DNA of 64,000 nt from Terrimicrobiaceae bacterium (GTDB lineage Bacteria; Verrucomicrobiota; Verrucomicrobiia; Chthoniobacterales; Terrimicrobiaceae). Shown here one piece after another: positions 1-8,457 of the stretch. The notes under the pieces were generated by a model that worked only from the letters and a program-made list of their open reading frames with translations, had not been told where the DNA came from and searched no databases. The position numbers and the translations under genes are program-made. The number at the start of each line of letters is the position of its first letter. Position 1 is the stretch's first letter. The stretch spans positions 13,083 to 77,082 of the forward strand of contig JBGSVZ010000046.1 in assembly GCA_041752695.1 (NCBI GenBank), in the 5' to 3' direction.

Positions 1-715
1 TGGGCGGAGCGCCGTCGGCGGCAATTTCCACCAGGGCGACGCTGCCTCCCTCCTGGTCGAACTGATCGGGCTCCGGCGTCCCCGGCATGACGATCCGCCC
101 CCCGTCCGTGTCTGCGAGCCAGTTATGCCAATGGCCGACGGCGAGGTAGTCGAGACCGGCGCGCGAGGCGGCATCGAGGGCAATGGGAAAATCGTTCGGC
201 TGGTGTTTTCCCTCGATGGCCAGGGCTCCGTGGGTGATGCCGATTTTGAGCGAGTCCCCGGGCAACGTCGCGGCCAGCTCCGCGAGCTTGAGGCTGGGGT
301 CGGTGGTGGAAAGCTTTTGGTGCAGCGGCGAGGCTAGAAGATAAGCGCCGCCAAGATCAGTGACGCCGGCTTGGCGAAGGACGTGGACATTGGCGGGGGC
401 GGCCAGAAATGCGCGGCGATGCCAGACCGAGTCGGGACCGGTTTCGGGATCATGATTGCCCGGCAGGAGATAAACCGGCACCTCCGGAAACGCCCCGAAA
501 ATTGCGACCACTTCCGCGACCACCCGCTCATCAACCTGGTTGTCCTCAAACAAATCCCCGGCGATCAGGCAGGCATCCACCGTGTGTTTCCGGGCCAGTT
601 CCATGCTACGGCGGAGCGTGTCCAGCCGGGCCTGGCGCAGAAGGTCCGCCTTCGCGCCGAACTGCCGGAAGCGCGCACCGAGCTGCCAGTCGGCGGAATG
701 CAGGAAACGGATCAT
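1..715 (-). CDS. sbcD: SbcD/Mre11-family DNA repair exonuclease (metallophosphoesterase); 5' part, runs off the left edge of the window
   Basis: Manual translation from ATG at 715: MIRFLHSADWQLG...IAGDLFE...LLPGNHDP...DYLAVGHWH, the phosphoesterase motifs of SbcD/Mre11. Not in the ORF track because it is truncated. Confidence 0.85.
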   Translation of the reverse strand, partial: MIRFLHSADWQLGARFRQFGAKADLLRQARLDTLRRSMELARKHTVDACLIAGDLFEDNQVDERVVAEVVAIFGAFPEVPVYLLPGNHDPETGPDSVWHRRAFLAAPANVHVLRQAGVTDLGGAYLLASPLHQKLSTTDPSLKLAELAATLPGDSLKIGITHGALAIEGKHQPNDFPIALDAASRAGLDYLAVGHWHNWLADTDGGRIVMPGTPEPDQFDQEGGSVALVEIAADGAPP

Positions 716-732
716 GGGGAAATCAGCACGGG

Positions 733-1158
733 TCAGTCTGTGGCAGCAAGGAACGGATTGATGATCCTCACGGAGCCAAAGCTTTGGTCGTGATTGAAGT
801 CTTCCGAATACAATGTGTGGCAACCCAGTTCCACTGCCGCCGCCACGATGGCGGCATCCCAGTGGGAAAGCTTGTGACGCCGACGAAGTGTGACCGAAGC
901 GATGACCAATTCGTGTGTGATGGGCAAAACGGGGACATGGCTGGCGAGTTCGAGAGTCGCGTCGATATTGGCCTCCGTGATGCCGAGCGCCTTCTTCTTC
1001 AGGGCATTGGCGATAAATTCCTGCAGGACCTGCGCAGAGAGAGCGAACCGTGTGTTGAGGATCAAATCCCCGGCGCGTTCGCGCTTGAGTCGGTCCGCCG
1101 GTGCGGCAGAACTGGCATAAAGGAGGACGTTCGCATCGAGAAAGCAGTCAGCGGTCAT
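733..1158 (-). CDS. vapC: PIN-domain toxin (VapC family)
   Basis: FLDANVLLY, SAQVLQEF, SHWDAAIVAAA, LYSEDF PIN motifs; overlaps the upstream small gene. Confidence 0.9.
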   Translation of the reverse strand: MTADCFLDANVLLYASSAAPADRLKRERAGDLILNTRFALSAQVLQEFIANALKKKALGITEANIDATLELASHVPVLPITHELVIASVTLRRRHKLSHWDAAIVAAAVELGCHTLYSEDFNHDQSFGSVRIINPFLAATD

Positions 1159-1387
1159 GGATCTCGTCACGCCGCAGGGGAACCATCGGTTTCGTATTGG
1201 AGGCTTTCATGCGCTGGAGAAGCCGCTTCATCACGAATTTGCGTTCCTTCTCGGGGTCGGGGACGGGGTGACTGATGGCATAATCCAGACCTTGAAAAAC
1301 AAGCTCCCTCAGCGTGGTTTTCCGCTGAGCCGCCGCGATTTTCGCGCGGTGAAGCAGGTCTTCCGGGAAATCGATGGTGGTCTTCAC
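1148..1387 (-). CDS. vapB: Antitoxin, ribbon-helix-helix type (VapB-like)
   Basis: 79 aa, MKTTIDFPEDLLHRAKIAAAQRKTTLRELV; directly upstream of and overlapping the PIN gene. Confidence 0.8.
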   Translation of the reverse strand: MKTTIDFPEDLLHRAKIAAAQRKTTLRELVFQGLDYAISHPVPDPEKERKFVMKRLLQRMKASNTKPMVPLRRDEIHDR

Positions 1388-1398
1388 TAAGCAAGTAA

Positions 1399-1408
1399 TA
1401 TTGCAATA
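1399..1408. promoter_or_regulatory. Palindrome TATTGCAATA, probable autoregulatory operator of vapBC
   Basis: Perfect 10-bp palindrome just upstream of the antitoxin start; TTGACC (-35-like) lies further upstream on the minus strand. Confidence 0.4.
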
Positions 1409-1435
1409 CTGCCGTTGGTCAAGCCGGGCCTCAGC

Positions 1436-3676
1436 TCAATGCATCACCGTGCCACGCATTTCCATCGGTTGAAAAATGATCCACACCCCGGCGGCAAAAA
1501 GCAGGGCAGCCAGCGTCGCCCAGGGCAGAAAAACCCGCAGGGTCCGAACGGGGGCGATCTGGCGGGCGATATTCCAACAGACAAATAGCGAAAGCAGGAG
1601 CCCGAGGTCGAGGAGGAGGAGTTCCAGCGCCGGCAGGTCGTAGAACGCCCAGGAGGCCACGGTCCAGGCAGGCTGGGTCGCCATCAGTCCAAGCTCACGG
1701 GCGGCGCGGTGAAAAACCGGAATCGGCGTGAGTGCAGCCGTAAAAAAGTGAAAGACAAAATGCGCCAGCCACATGCCAAAGCCAAGCGGAGCCAGAGCCA
1801 GCGAAAACCGGCAGAGGTTTTCTTTCCAAACGCCCCCACCGAGCGCGCTGCTCAGCCAGGCGGCGAGGGAAGCGGTGGTGGCGGGCAGAACGATGAGGCT
1901 AAGAACCGCGAGTCCGGCCACCCGCCAGAGATCTCCCGTCGGACCGAACGACTCCAGCCAGCGGAGAACGGGCAGCACCATGCCGGCAGCGTTGGCGAAG
2001 GCCCCAAAGGTGAGCAAAAGAGCCAGCGCAGCGAGATCGAGGCGCCGGGCGTACCGACCCACCGAGGAGCGGGGCAGATCGGCGATGAGATCGCGGCCGG
2101 GGACGACGGCGATGAGCCCAACGTTGTCGTGCGGGCAGGCCTTCACACAATCGAGACAAAATGTGCAATCCATATTCCCCTGCTTGCGGGGCTGGAAAAG
2201 TTTCAGCTCGCAACCGCGTTGCTGCGAGTTGCCCTTGATGCAATCGAACGTCCGGCAGGTCGCGCAGACGTCCGGCTGCCGGACCTTGATTTCGAACGGC
2301 GAGGCCAGCGACTGGAGGAAATGAAATTGCCCGATCGGACAGACAAATTTGCAAAAACTCGCATCGCGGAAAAATCCATCAATCAACAGGGCCCCGAGGA
2401 AATAGCCGAGGATGATCCACGCCGTGGCGGCGGGGTTATCCCAAAGATCAAACGCCTCGTAAGCCCAAAGATAAGCCGCCAGCAGACCCACCGCGAGCCA
2501 TTTGGAGCGCAGGGCCCGCGGCCAGCGAAAACGCGCGGGAAGAATCTTGCGCCCAAGATCCCGCACGAACGTGAACGGACACGCCATACAAAAAAGATTC
2601 CCGATGGCCAGCAACGCGACCACCGTGAAGGCCCGCCAGTGGGTCCAGGGCAGGACCCCCGCCAGATTGATCGGGCTGATCTGCGGACCGAGAAGGCCGT
2701 CCACCACGATCACCGCCGCCAGGACAAGCATGAGGATTTGCAGGGTCCGCCGGAAATGCCGCCAGCGCAGGACCGGACCGAGAATGGGGACGCGGAAAAG
2801 GTCCAGGGAATTTTGGATTTTAGATTTTGGATTTTGGATTTTCGGCGCCTCGGGCGCATACCGCCGTTTCGGCGACAGAAACTGAATGGCAATCACCGCA
2901 GCGGGCACCAGGAAGGCCACTGAACCCGGCACCCACATGATCGCACCCGCACCGGCCTGATCATCCAGCGGACTGAGGCTGCCGAGGCGCGGGGCGTTTT
3001 CGTAGGTAGGGTAAAGGACACGGTCGTAGAAAGAGAGAAACGCGGCGAGGGCGGTGTTTTGCAGATCGGCCAGCAAGAGGTAAGGAATGATCGCCCAGCG
3101 CGGCCAGTGCGGGCGGCTGGGCCAGGGCTGGACAACGTGCCACCAGAACAGGAGGGCCGTGCCGAGAAAGCAGAGGTGTTCGATCTTGTGCCAGCCTGGC
3201 GAGCCAAGCGCGAGTTCGTAGAACGGCGGGAAATGCCAGAGCACGTTGCTGAGGATAAAAAGACTCCAGCAAACCACGGGATGAGTGAGCCGGTGGACCG
3301 CAGCCTTGAGCAGGGGCCAATTGAGAAAGGGACCTAGCGCCTGACTGACAAAGCGACGCGGCAGTCCCACCAGAAGGGGAAGCTGCGGCGCACCAAGCAA
3401 AAGCAAAGGCGGCGCGATCATGGTCAGCAACAAATGCTGCACCATGTGGGCCGTCAGGAGAAACGAGGCGAAGGCGTCGAGCGGCGAAGCCAGGGACACA
3501 TAGACCGCGGTGAGTCCGCCGAAAAAACACCCGAGGCGCCAGACCGGGAAACGTCCCGGGACCTGGCGATGGAGCTGACGCCAACCGAGGAAATAGATGG
3601 CCGCGGACGCAAGCAGCCCAAACGCCGGGAGGGGTTCAAACGTCCATGACAAAAGCGCGGCGGTTTCGGTGTTCAC
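1436..3676 (-). CDS. Fusion of a cytochrome c oxidase assembly factor (Caa3_CtaG-type) with a membrane-bound 4Fe-4S polyferredoxin (NapH/CcoG/NosR-like)
   Basis: N-terminal SPLD..HMVQHLLL..APPLL, WH.P..Y, H..EH, DQ..AG.IMWVPG (CtaG); C-terminal CMACP, FCKFVCPIG, CATCRTFDC, CTFCLDCVKACP and many TM helices. Confidence 0.8.
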   Translation of the reverse strand: MNTETAALLSWTFEPLPAFGLLASAAIYFLGWRQLHRQVPGRFPVWRLGCFFGGLTAVYVSLASPLDAFASFLLTAHMVQHLLLTMIAPPLLLLGAPQLPLLVGLPRRFVSQALGPFLNWPLLKAAVHRLTHPVVCWSLFILSNVLWHFPPFYELALGSPGWHKIEHLCFLGTALLFWWHVVQPWPSRPHWPRWAIIPYLLLADLQNTALAAFLSFYDRVLYPTYENAPRLGSLSPLDDQAGAGAIMWVPGSVAFLVPAAVIAIQFLSPKRRYAPEAPKIQNPKSKIQNSLDLFRVPILGPVLRWRHFRRTLQILMLVLAAVIVVDGLLGPQISPINLAGVLPWTHWRAFTVVALLAIGNLFCMACPFTFVRDLGRKILPARFRWPRALRSKWLAVGLLAAYLWAYEAFDLWDNPAATAWIILGYFLGALLIDGFFRDASFCKFVCPIGQFHFLQSLASPFEIKVRQPDVCATCRTFDCIKGNSQQRGCELKLFQPRKQGNMDCTFCLDCVKACPHDNVGLIAVVPGRDLIADLPRSSVGRYARRLDLAALALLLTFGAFANAAGMVLPVLRWLESFGPTGDLWRVAGLAVLSLIVLPATTASLAAWLSSALGGGVWKENLCRFSLALAPLGFGMWLAHFVFHFFTAALTPIPVFHRAARELGLMATQPAWTVASWAFYDLPALELLLLDLGLLLSLFVCWNIARQIAPVRTLRVFLPWATLAALLFAAGVWIIFQPMEMRGTVMH
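2809..2843. repeat. Five tandem heptamers (GATTTTG-type) inside the CDS, encoding PKIQNPKSKIQNS
   Basis: AATTTTG GATTTTA GATTTTG GATTTTG GATTTTC read directly. Confidence 0.85.
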
Positions 3677-3712
3677 GGAATCCAGTTCAGCTCGCGAACC
3701 CCGGGTTTTGGG

Positions 3713-3958
3713 TCAGCCATTTATTTTTGACATAGCAAGGATTGCATCCCACACGCCCAGAAGCTGACGATCTTTCCTTCGCTGTCGTCTGGTTTCCGCT
3801 GCGAGGCGGCAGACTCCCGCTCGTGTCCCCATGTGCTGTTGCTCGCTGATCCAATCCAGTTTCATCGTCGTCTCCGCGTGGATCATCGCCGCCAGCAGGC
3901 GTTTTCTCCAGTCCCCTTTTCGCTTTCCAGGCTGTGCGTTTTCGTTCCGGGCCGGAGC
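3713..3958 (-). pseudogene. C-terminal relic of a Y1/REP-associated (RAYT-like) transposase
   Basis: Open frame ...GKRKGDWRKRLLAAMIHAETTMKLDWISEQQHMGTRAGVCRL...MSKING*, bounded upstream by an in-frame TAA; resembles the KGDxRK...ETTMxLxWIxxxLxMG C-terminal HTH of verrucomicrobial Y1 transposases (recognised from memory, not searched). Confidence 0.55.
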
Positions 3959-4036
3959 TTACCAACGCTCTCCCGCTCCCCTTACCTGTCATCTATAAAC
4001 GTGTTGACTTTTGAAAAGGCCGGTCTTTTATGAGGT

Positions 4037-4867
4037 ATGAGAACGTCGGAAGAGCCTCATCCAGCCATCTCGCCTTATCGAATCCTTGACTTGGCAGGGA
4101 ACGTGGAAGTCGAGGTGGACCGGGCGGAGTTGCGGCGACGGTTTAACCGGGACGGCATTGTGGTCCTGCCAGGCTTTCTGTCTGAGGCTGAGTTGATCCC
4201 GTTGCGGCGTGAGTTGGAGGCCCATTATGCTCCGCTAGCCGCGACTGCGGCTACGGCACACAATGGGAGCGGGGTTTTGGCGAAGTTTGAATGTGATGTG
4301 ATGGTGTGGGCACCTTTGGCAGAGGGGAATGTGGAGTTTATCGCCTTGAACGAAATGCCGGCTCTAGCCGAGGTGACGGAGGCTTTGCTGGATCGCGGCT
4401 ACAACACGAATCCGAAGGGCCTGGTGATGTATTCGGTGGGCGGTGGGCGCGGTCAGGCGTGGCACCAGGATTGCCCACCGGGCGGTCCGGAAAGCAAGGA
4501 GTTCAACCTGAACCGCCTTTTCTATACGGAGGATGTGGCGCTGGAGGATGGGGCCATCGTGTTTGTGCCTGGCTCGCATCGGCTGGGGCGTATTCCTTCG
4601 GGCGGCCATCAGGACCCAATTGAGGGCGAGATCACGCTGGAACCGCGTGCCGGGACTCTCGTCCTGCTACACGGTCACGTCTACCACCGGGTGACTCCGA
4701 ATCTGAACATGAAGCCGCGCACGTCTATCAATCTCAGGGCCTACCCCGCCGGAATTGATGCTACGGTGACTTGCATTGGGGTGTACCGAAATGGCGACGT
4801 GAATTTCTGCGAAACTTTCAAACAACACGACGGCAAACCCGCGGAGCTCGTGGCGACGATGCGATAG
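4037..4867 (+). CDS. Phytanoyl-CoA dioxygenase (PhyH) family Fe(II)/2-oxoglutarate dioxygenase
   Basis: F..DG.VVL, WHQD, NG/DGA..FVPGSH, AG..V..HG.VYH...PN....R motifs. Confidence 0.85.
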   Translation: MRTSEEPHPAISPYRILDLAGNVEVEVDRAELRRRFNRDGIVVLPGFLSEAELIPLRRELEAHYAPLAATAATAHNGSGVLAKFECDVMVWAPLAEGNVEFIALNEMPALAEVTEALLDRGYNTNPKGLVMYSVGGGRGQAWHQDCPPGGPESKEFNLNRLFYTEDVALEDGAIVFVPGSHRLGRIPSGGHQDPIEGEITLEPRAGTLVLLHGHVYHRVTPNLNMKPRTSINLRAYPAGIDATVTCIGVYRNGDVNFCETFKQHDGKPAELVATMR

Positions 4868-4951
4868 CGTCGAAAGGCCGAAAGCCTGGCCAGCCCCGAC
4901 GGCTCGGACAAATCTGTCCATCACCAGCTGGCGGCAAAATACCAATATTCA

Positions 4952-4989
4952 ATGGCTGACCCCTATCCCCTATGGCCGACCCCTATCCC
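4952..4989 (+). repeat. Tandem 20-bp duplication ATGGC(T/C)GACCCCTATCCC at the right end of the putative element
   Basis: atggctgacccctatcccct followed by atggccgacccctatccc. Confidence 0.8.
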
Positions 4990-5090
4990 ACTCTACCGTT
5001 TTTCCAGGGCATCCGCCCAGTCTATCGGGTTACCCATGTCCTCGGTTCGCACCTCCCCTCCTTCTAGAAGTGCGATGCTCGCTCTGGCGC

Positions 5091-6752
5091 TTAGCGCCCG
5101 ATTTCACGCAACTTGTCGTCGAGGAGGCGGGTGAATTCAGCGACTCTGCCAGAGTGTTTTGGGTGGGCGGCGAGGTTGACACGTTCTTCGGGGTCCTCGT
5201 CGTAATCGTAAAGCTCCAGCCACGCGGGTCCTGCACCCGTAGCGCCGGAGGCCGGACGACTTTCGAGCCACGCGGTGAATCGGTAGCGCGAATCCCGCAG
5301 CGAGTAACCCATATAGCGTTTGCCCTCGTGCTCGCGAGGGAACTGGCTCATTTCGACGGGCTTCACACTCGCGCTCGGGTCGGCCAGGATGGGTTGGAGG
5401 CTCGCACCCTGAAGGCCATCTGGCAAAGGCAACCCCGCAAGATCGCAGAGGGTCGGATAAATATCTACAAGTCCAGCCGGATTCACCGCGGGCGTTCCAC
5501 AATCGGGCATGCCCGGAGCCGCTATAATGAGAGGCGTGCGCACCGCCTGCTCGTAGTTCGTGTGCTTGCACCACATCCCGTGGTCGCCCAGATGCCAGCC
5601 ATGGTCTCCGAACAAGACGACAATGGTGGATGACGTTAGGCCAAGTTCGTCAAGTTTGTCCAAGAGCACTCCGATCTGGGCATCGACATAACTCACACAC
5701 GCCAGATAACCGTGGATCAGTTCCCGTTGAAGTTCGTCCGGAACGGGCCCAGTTCCGGAGACGTCACTGTAGGCGCGGAGTTCCCAACTATCCTGAAACG
5801 CAAATTTCGGCGCTCCCCGTGGCATTTCCCGATACGACGGTATTTCGATCTGGTTGCGACGGTAGAGGTCCCAATATTTTTTCGGCGCGACGAAAGGCAG
5901 GTGGGGCTTGTAAAATCCGACTGCCAGAAAGAACGGACGGCGATCCACCGAAAGTTCCTCGAGCAGTTTTGCAGCGCTCAATGCGATGGCTCCGTCCGTG
6001 TAAGCGTTGTCGGGCACATCCATCGACTCGGTGAGTGGGCGAGAGCCGGGCGAATCCTGGACTGCTTTGGATACCGCCTTTCCCTTCAGGTTGCCCTCCC
6101 TGATGAGCTCGTCGAGCTGGCGGGCAAGCTCACCAGTTCGTGCGTCCTGATAGTAGCCCGCGTGGGGCGGAGCAGGATCGAACTCGATCGGGCGATGTCT
6201 GTCTCCGAATGGAAGCGACCACGACCGGACATCCATCCCCTCGTCTACGTTCCTGGAATCGAAGATTTTCCCCAACCCCGCCGTCACGTAGCCGTGCTCG
6301 CGGAAATACTGCGGCAGCGTGACGACGTTGGGATGGGCCGCTCGCATCGGCGTATGCAAATCCACCACGCCGGTCTTGTCCGGGTAGAACCCAGTGAGCA
6401 GACTTGTGCGCGATGGCGTGCATAATGCCTGCTGGCATTGAGCGTTTAAAAAAATCCGTCCACGCCGGGCCAGCCGGTCCATGTTCGGCGTGATCGCCTG
6501 CGCGTGGCCGTAAGCGCCAATGAGGGGCTTGAGATCGTCCACGGGGATGAACAGGATGTTCGGTCGTCTGTTGTCGATGCGTTCCTGGTGTTTGATGAAC
6601 GCGTCCTTCCGGTTCGGCGCACGTTGGGCTGCCTCCGGCGCGTCGGGACTCGGATAGGAGGTGGTGTCGGCCCTTCCCTCCTGAGCAAACGAACCCGCAT
6701 AAGAAGGGGCCACGAGCATCGCCGCGAAACTGGAGATGTTGCGAAGGCGCAT
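5091..6752 (-). CDS. Exported sulfatase (iduronate-2-sulfatase-like, Cys-type)
   Basis: PNILFIPVDDL, CTPSRTSLLTG (CxPxR), GFYKPHLPF, GDHGWHLGDH, DPEE..NLA; start uncertain (in-frame starts up to 6818). Confidence 0.9.
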   Translation of the reverse strand: MRLRNISSFAAMLVAPSYAGSFAQEGRADTTSYPSPDAPEAAQRAPNRKDAFIKHQERIDNRRPNILFIPVDDLKPLIGAYGHAQAITPNMDRLARRGRIFLNAQCQQALCTPSRTSLLTGFYPDKTGVVDLHTPMRAAHPNVVTLPQYFREHGYVTAGLGKIFDSRNVDEGMDVRSWSLPFGDRHRPIEFDPAPPHAGYYQDARTGELARQLDELIREGNLKGKAVSKAVQDSPGSRPLTESMDVPDNAYTDGAIALSAAKLLEELSVDRRPFFLAVGFYKPHLPFVAPKKYWDLYRRNQIEIPSYREMPRGAPKFAFQDSWELRAYSDVSGTGPVPDELQRELIHGYLACVSYVDAQIGVLLDKLDELGLTSSTIVVLFGDHGWHLGDHGMWCKHTNYEQAVRTPLIIAAPGMPDCGTPAVNPAGLVDIYPTLCDLAGLPLPDGLQGASLQPILADPSASVKPVEMSQFPREHEGKRYMGYSLRDSRYRFTAWLESRPASGATGAGPAWLELYDYDEDPEERVNLAAHPKHSGRVAEFTRLLDDKLREIGR

Positions 6753-6885
6753 CCCCCATCGAAGCAGCGGGGAGAAAAGGGACAGCCATTGAAAATTGAT
6801 GTTCATACAATGCTGCAACTCCCCGTGCCATCAAGGCCTCACGAGGCGGCCGGAGGTTCAGCAGCCCGCGCTCGGACCAGCGCAG

Positions 6886-8457
6886 TCAACTTTTTGGAGG
6901 AACGGTCGCGTCCGGAACGCTGGCCTGCGGCTTGCCTTTGGTCTTGTCGGAGGCGGATTTCTCCGCGGGAGGGACGGCGGGGAATGTGGAATCTCGCGCC
7001 GGGGGTTCACCCGGGGGCCGCAGAGAAACCATGTAGGTCACGAGGGCTTCCACTTCGTTGGGCGAAAGGTTTTTTCCGTAAGCTGGCATGTTGCCGCCGC
7101 CCTGAATGACTTGGCGGATGAGCTGATCCTTGGTCAGGCGGGTTCCGACATCGGCGAGATCGGGTCCGCGCTGGCCGCCCACTCCGTCGATGGCATGGCA
7201 GTTGCGGCACTGTTTGTTTTGCAAGACGACGAGGCCCTGGAGTTCCAGCGGGGTGCGCTCCAGCACCCGGGAGGATTCCGTAGCGTCGGCGGTCCACGCG
7301 GTCATGACAGGCGACCAGGGCGAGGTGATGCCCAGGTAGGTCAGGATGCCCATGACGAGGTACACAAAGACCACGGTGAGCACGGCCAACGGGCGGCGAC
7401 GCCAGCTTTTTTCGCCGGTGTTGTTGATGAATGGCAGGGCAAAAAGCACCAGCATGATCGCCGGGGCGCCGACGAGGAGGAGGAAGGTCTCCATGTAGTC
7501 GGGCATGAGCGCCGCGACGGCAAAGATCCACATGAAGAAAAAGTCGGGGCGCGGGACGGTGTCAATTTCCGTCGGGAACGGCGGTCCGGTGGGACCCTTA
7601 GGTCCGAAGACGGCGGCGCAGAGCATGATGCCGCCCATCACCACGGCGGCGGCGACGAGGTCCTTCCAGATCCCGTGGGGGGCAAAGGGCATGCCGTCCT
7701 TCTTGATGATTTCGGCGTACTCCTTGTCGTAAGTTTCCTTGCGGACGAGGTGACCGGGTTTGGGATATTCGTTGATGCCCTTGGTCAGAACCATCCGCAG
7801 ATGCAGTGCGACGAGGGCGAGAATGGTTCCCGGAATGATAAACACATGTAGGGAGAAAAATCGCGAAAGGGTCTCCGAAGCGATGATCGGGCCGCCGAGC
7901 ATGAGGTGGACGAGATTTTCCCCGATGAAGGGCACGCGACCCATGATAGCCGCTCCGATGCCGAGGCCCCAGTAGGCGTCTTCGTCGAAACGCAGCACCT
8001 GGCCAGTGAAGGCCATGCCGAGCGTGCAAACCATGAGAATACAGCCGGAGATCCAGGTGATCTCGCGCGGGTATTTGTAGGCCCCAAAGAGGAAGACCTG
8101 CGTCATGTGAAGGAACATGATCGCCACCATGAAGTTCGACCCCCAGTAGTGCATGCCACGAAGGAACCAGCCGAGCGGCTGTTCGTAGGTGAGATACTCC
8201 AGCGTGGTGTAGGCTTCCGCGCCGGAAGGCACATAAGCAAAGGCCAGCAGGCTGCCGGTGACGATCTGAATCATCAGACAGAGCAGAGTGGCACTGCCAA
8301 AAACGTAAAACCAACTGGCGCTGCTTTTCGGGATGTGATGTCCGGCGGTGTGCTCCCAGAGATCGGTGATGTGCAGCCGGTTATCGAGCCACACGAAGAC
8401 GCCTTGCACGGCGTCGAACGCGAGATTTTTGGCAGTTTTTTTGACGGGCTCGCTCAT
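6886..8457 (-). CDS. qcrB: Cytochrome b of a Rieske/cyt b complex with a fused C-terminal cytochrome c domain
   Basis: Heme b ligands RGMHYWG...LHM and FSLHV...ALH; Qo motif variant PDFF; C-terminal CRNCH...GGNMP. Confidence 0.92.
   Translation of the reverse strand: MSEPVKKTAKNLAFDAVQGVFVWLDNRLHITDLWEHTAGHHIPKSSASWFYVFGSATLLCLMIQIVTGSLLAFAYVPSGAEAYTTLEYLTYEQPLGWFLRGMHYWGSNFMVAIMFLHMTQVFLFGAYKYPREITWISGCILMVCTLGMAFTGQVLRFDEDAYWGLGIGAAIMGRVPFIGENLVHLMLGGPIIASETLSRFFSLHVFIIPGTILALVALHLRMVLTKGINEYPKPGHLVRKETYDKEYAEIIKKDGMPFAPHGIWKDLVAAAVVMGGIMLCAAVFGPKGPTGPPFPTEIDTVPRPDFFFMWIFAVAALMPDYMETFLLLVGAPAIMLVLFALPFINNTGEKSWRRRPLAVLTVVFVYLVMGILTYLGITSPWSPVMTAWTADATESSRVLERTPLELQGLVVLQNKQCRNCHAIDGVGGQRGPDLADVGTRLTKDQLIRQVIQGGGNMPAYGKNLSPNEVEALVTYMVSLRPPGEPPARDSTFPAVPPAEKSASDKTKGKPQASVPDATVPPKS

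Larger units (their letters stand above)
3710..4962. mobile_element. Putative non-autonomous cargo element bounded by 24-bp imperfect inverted repeats (GGGTCAGCCATT...AATGGCTGACCC)
   Basis: Reverse complement of 3710-3733 matches 4939-4962 at 19/24 with the outer 12 bp identical; encloses a transposase-like relic and the PhyH gene. Confidence 0.5.

Noticed and set aside
6811..6830. Sigma54-like TGGCAC...TTGC upstream of the sulfatase (minus strand)
   Set aside because: GG-to-GC spacing is 11 nt rather than the strict 10, so not called
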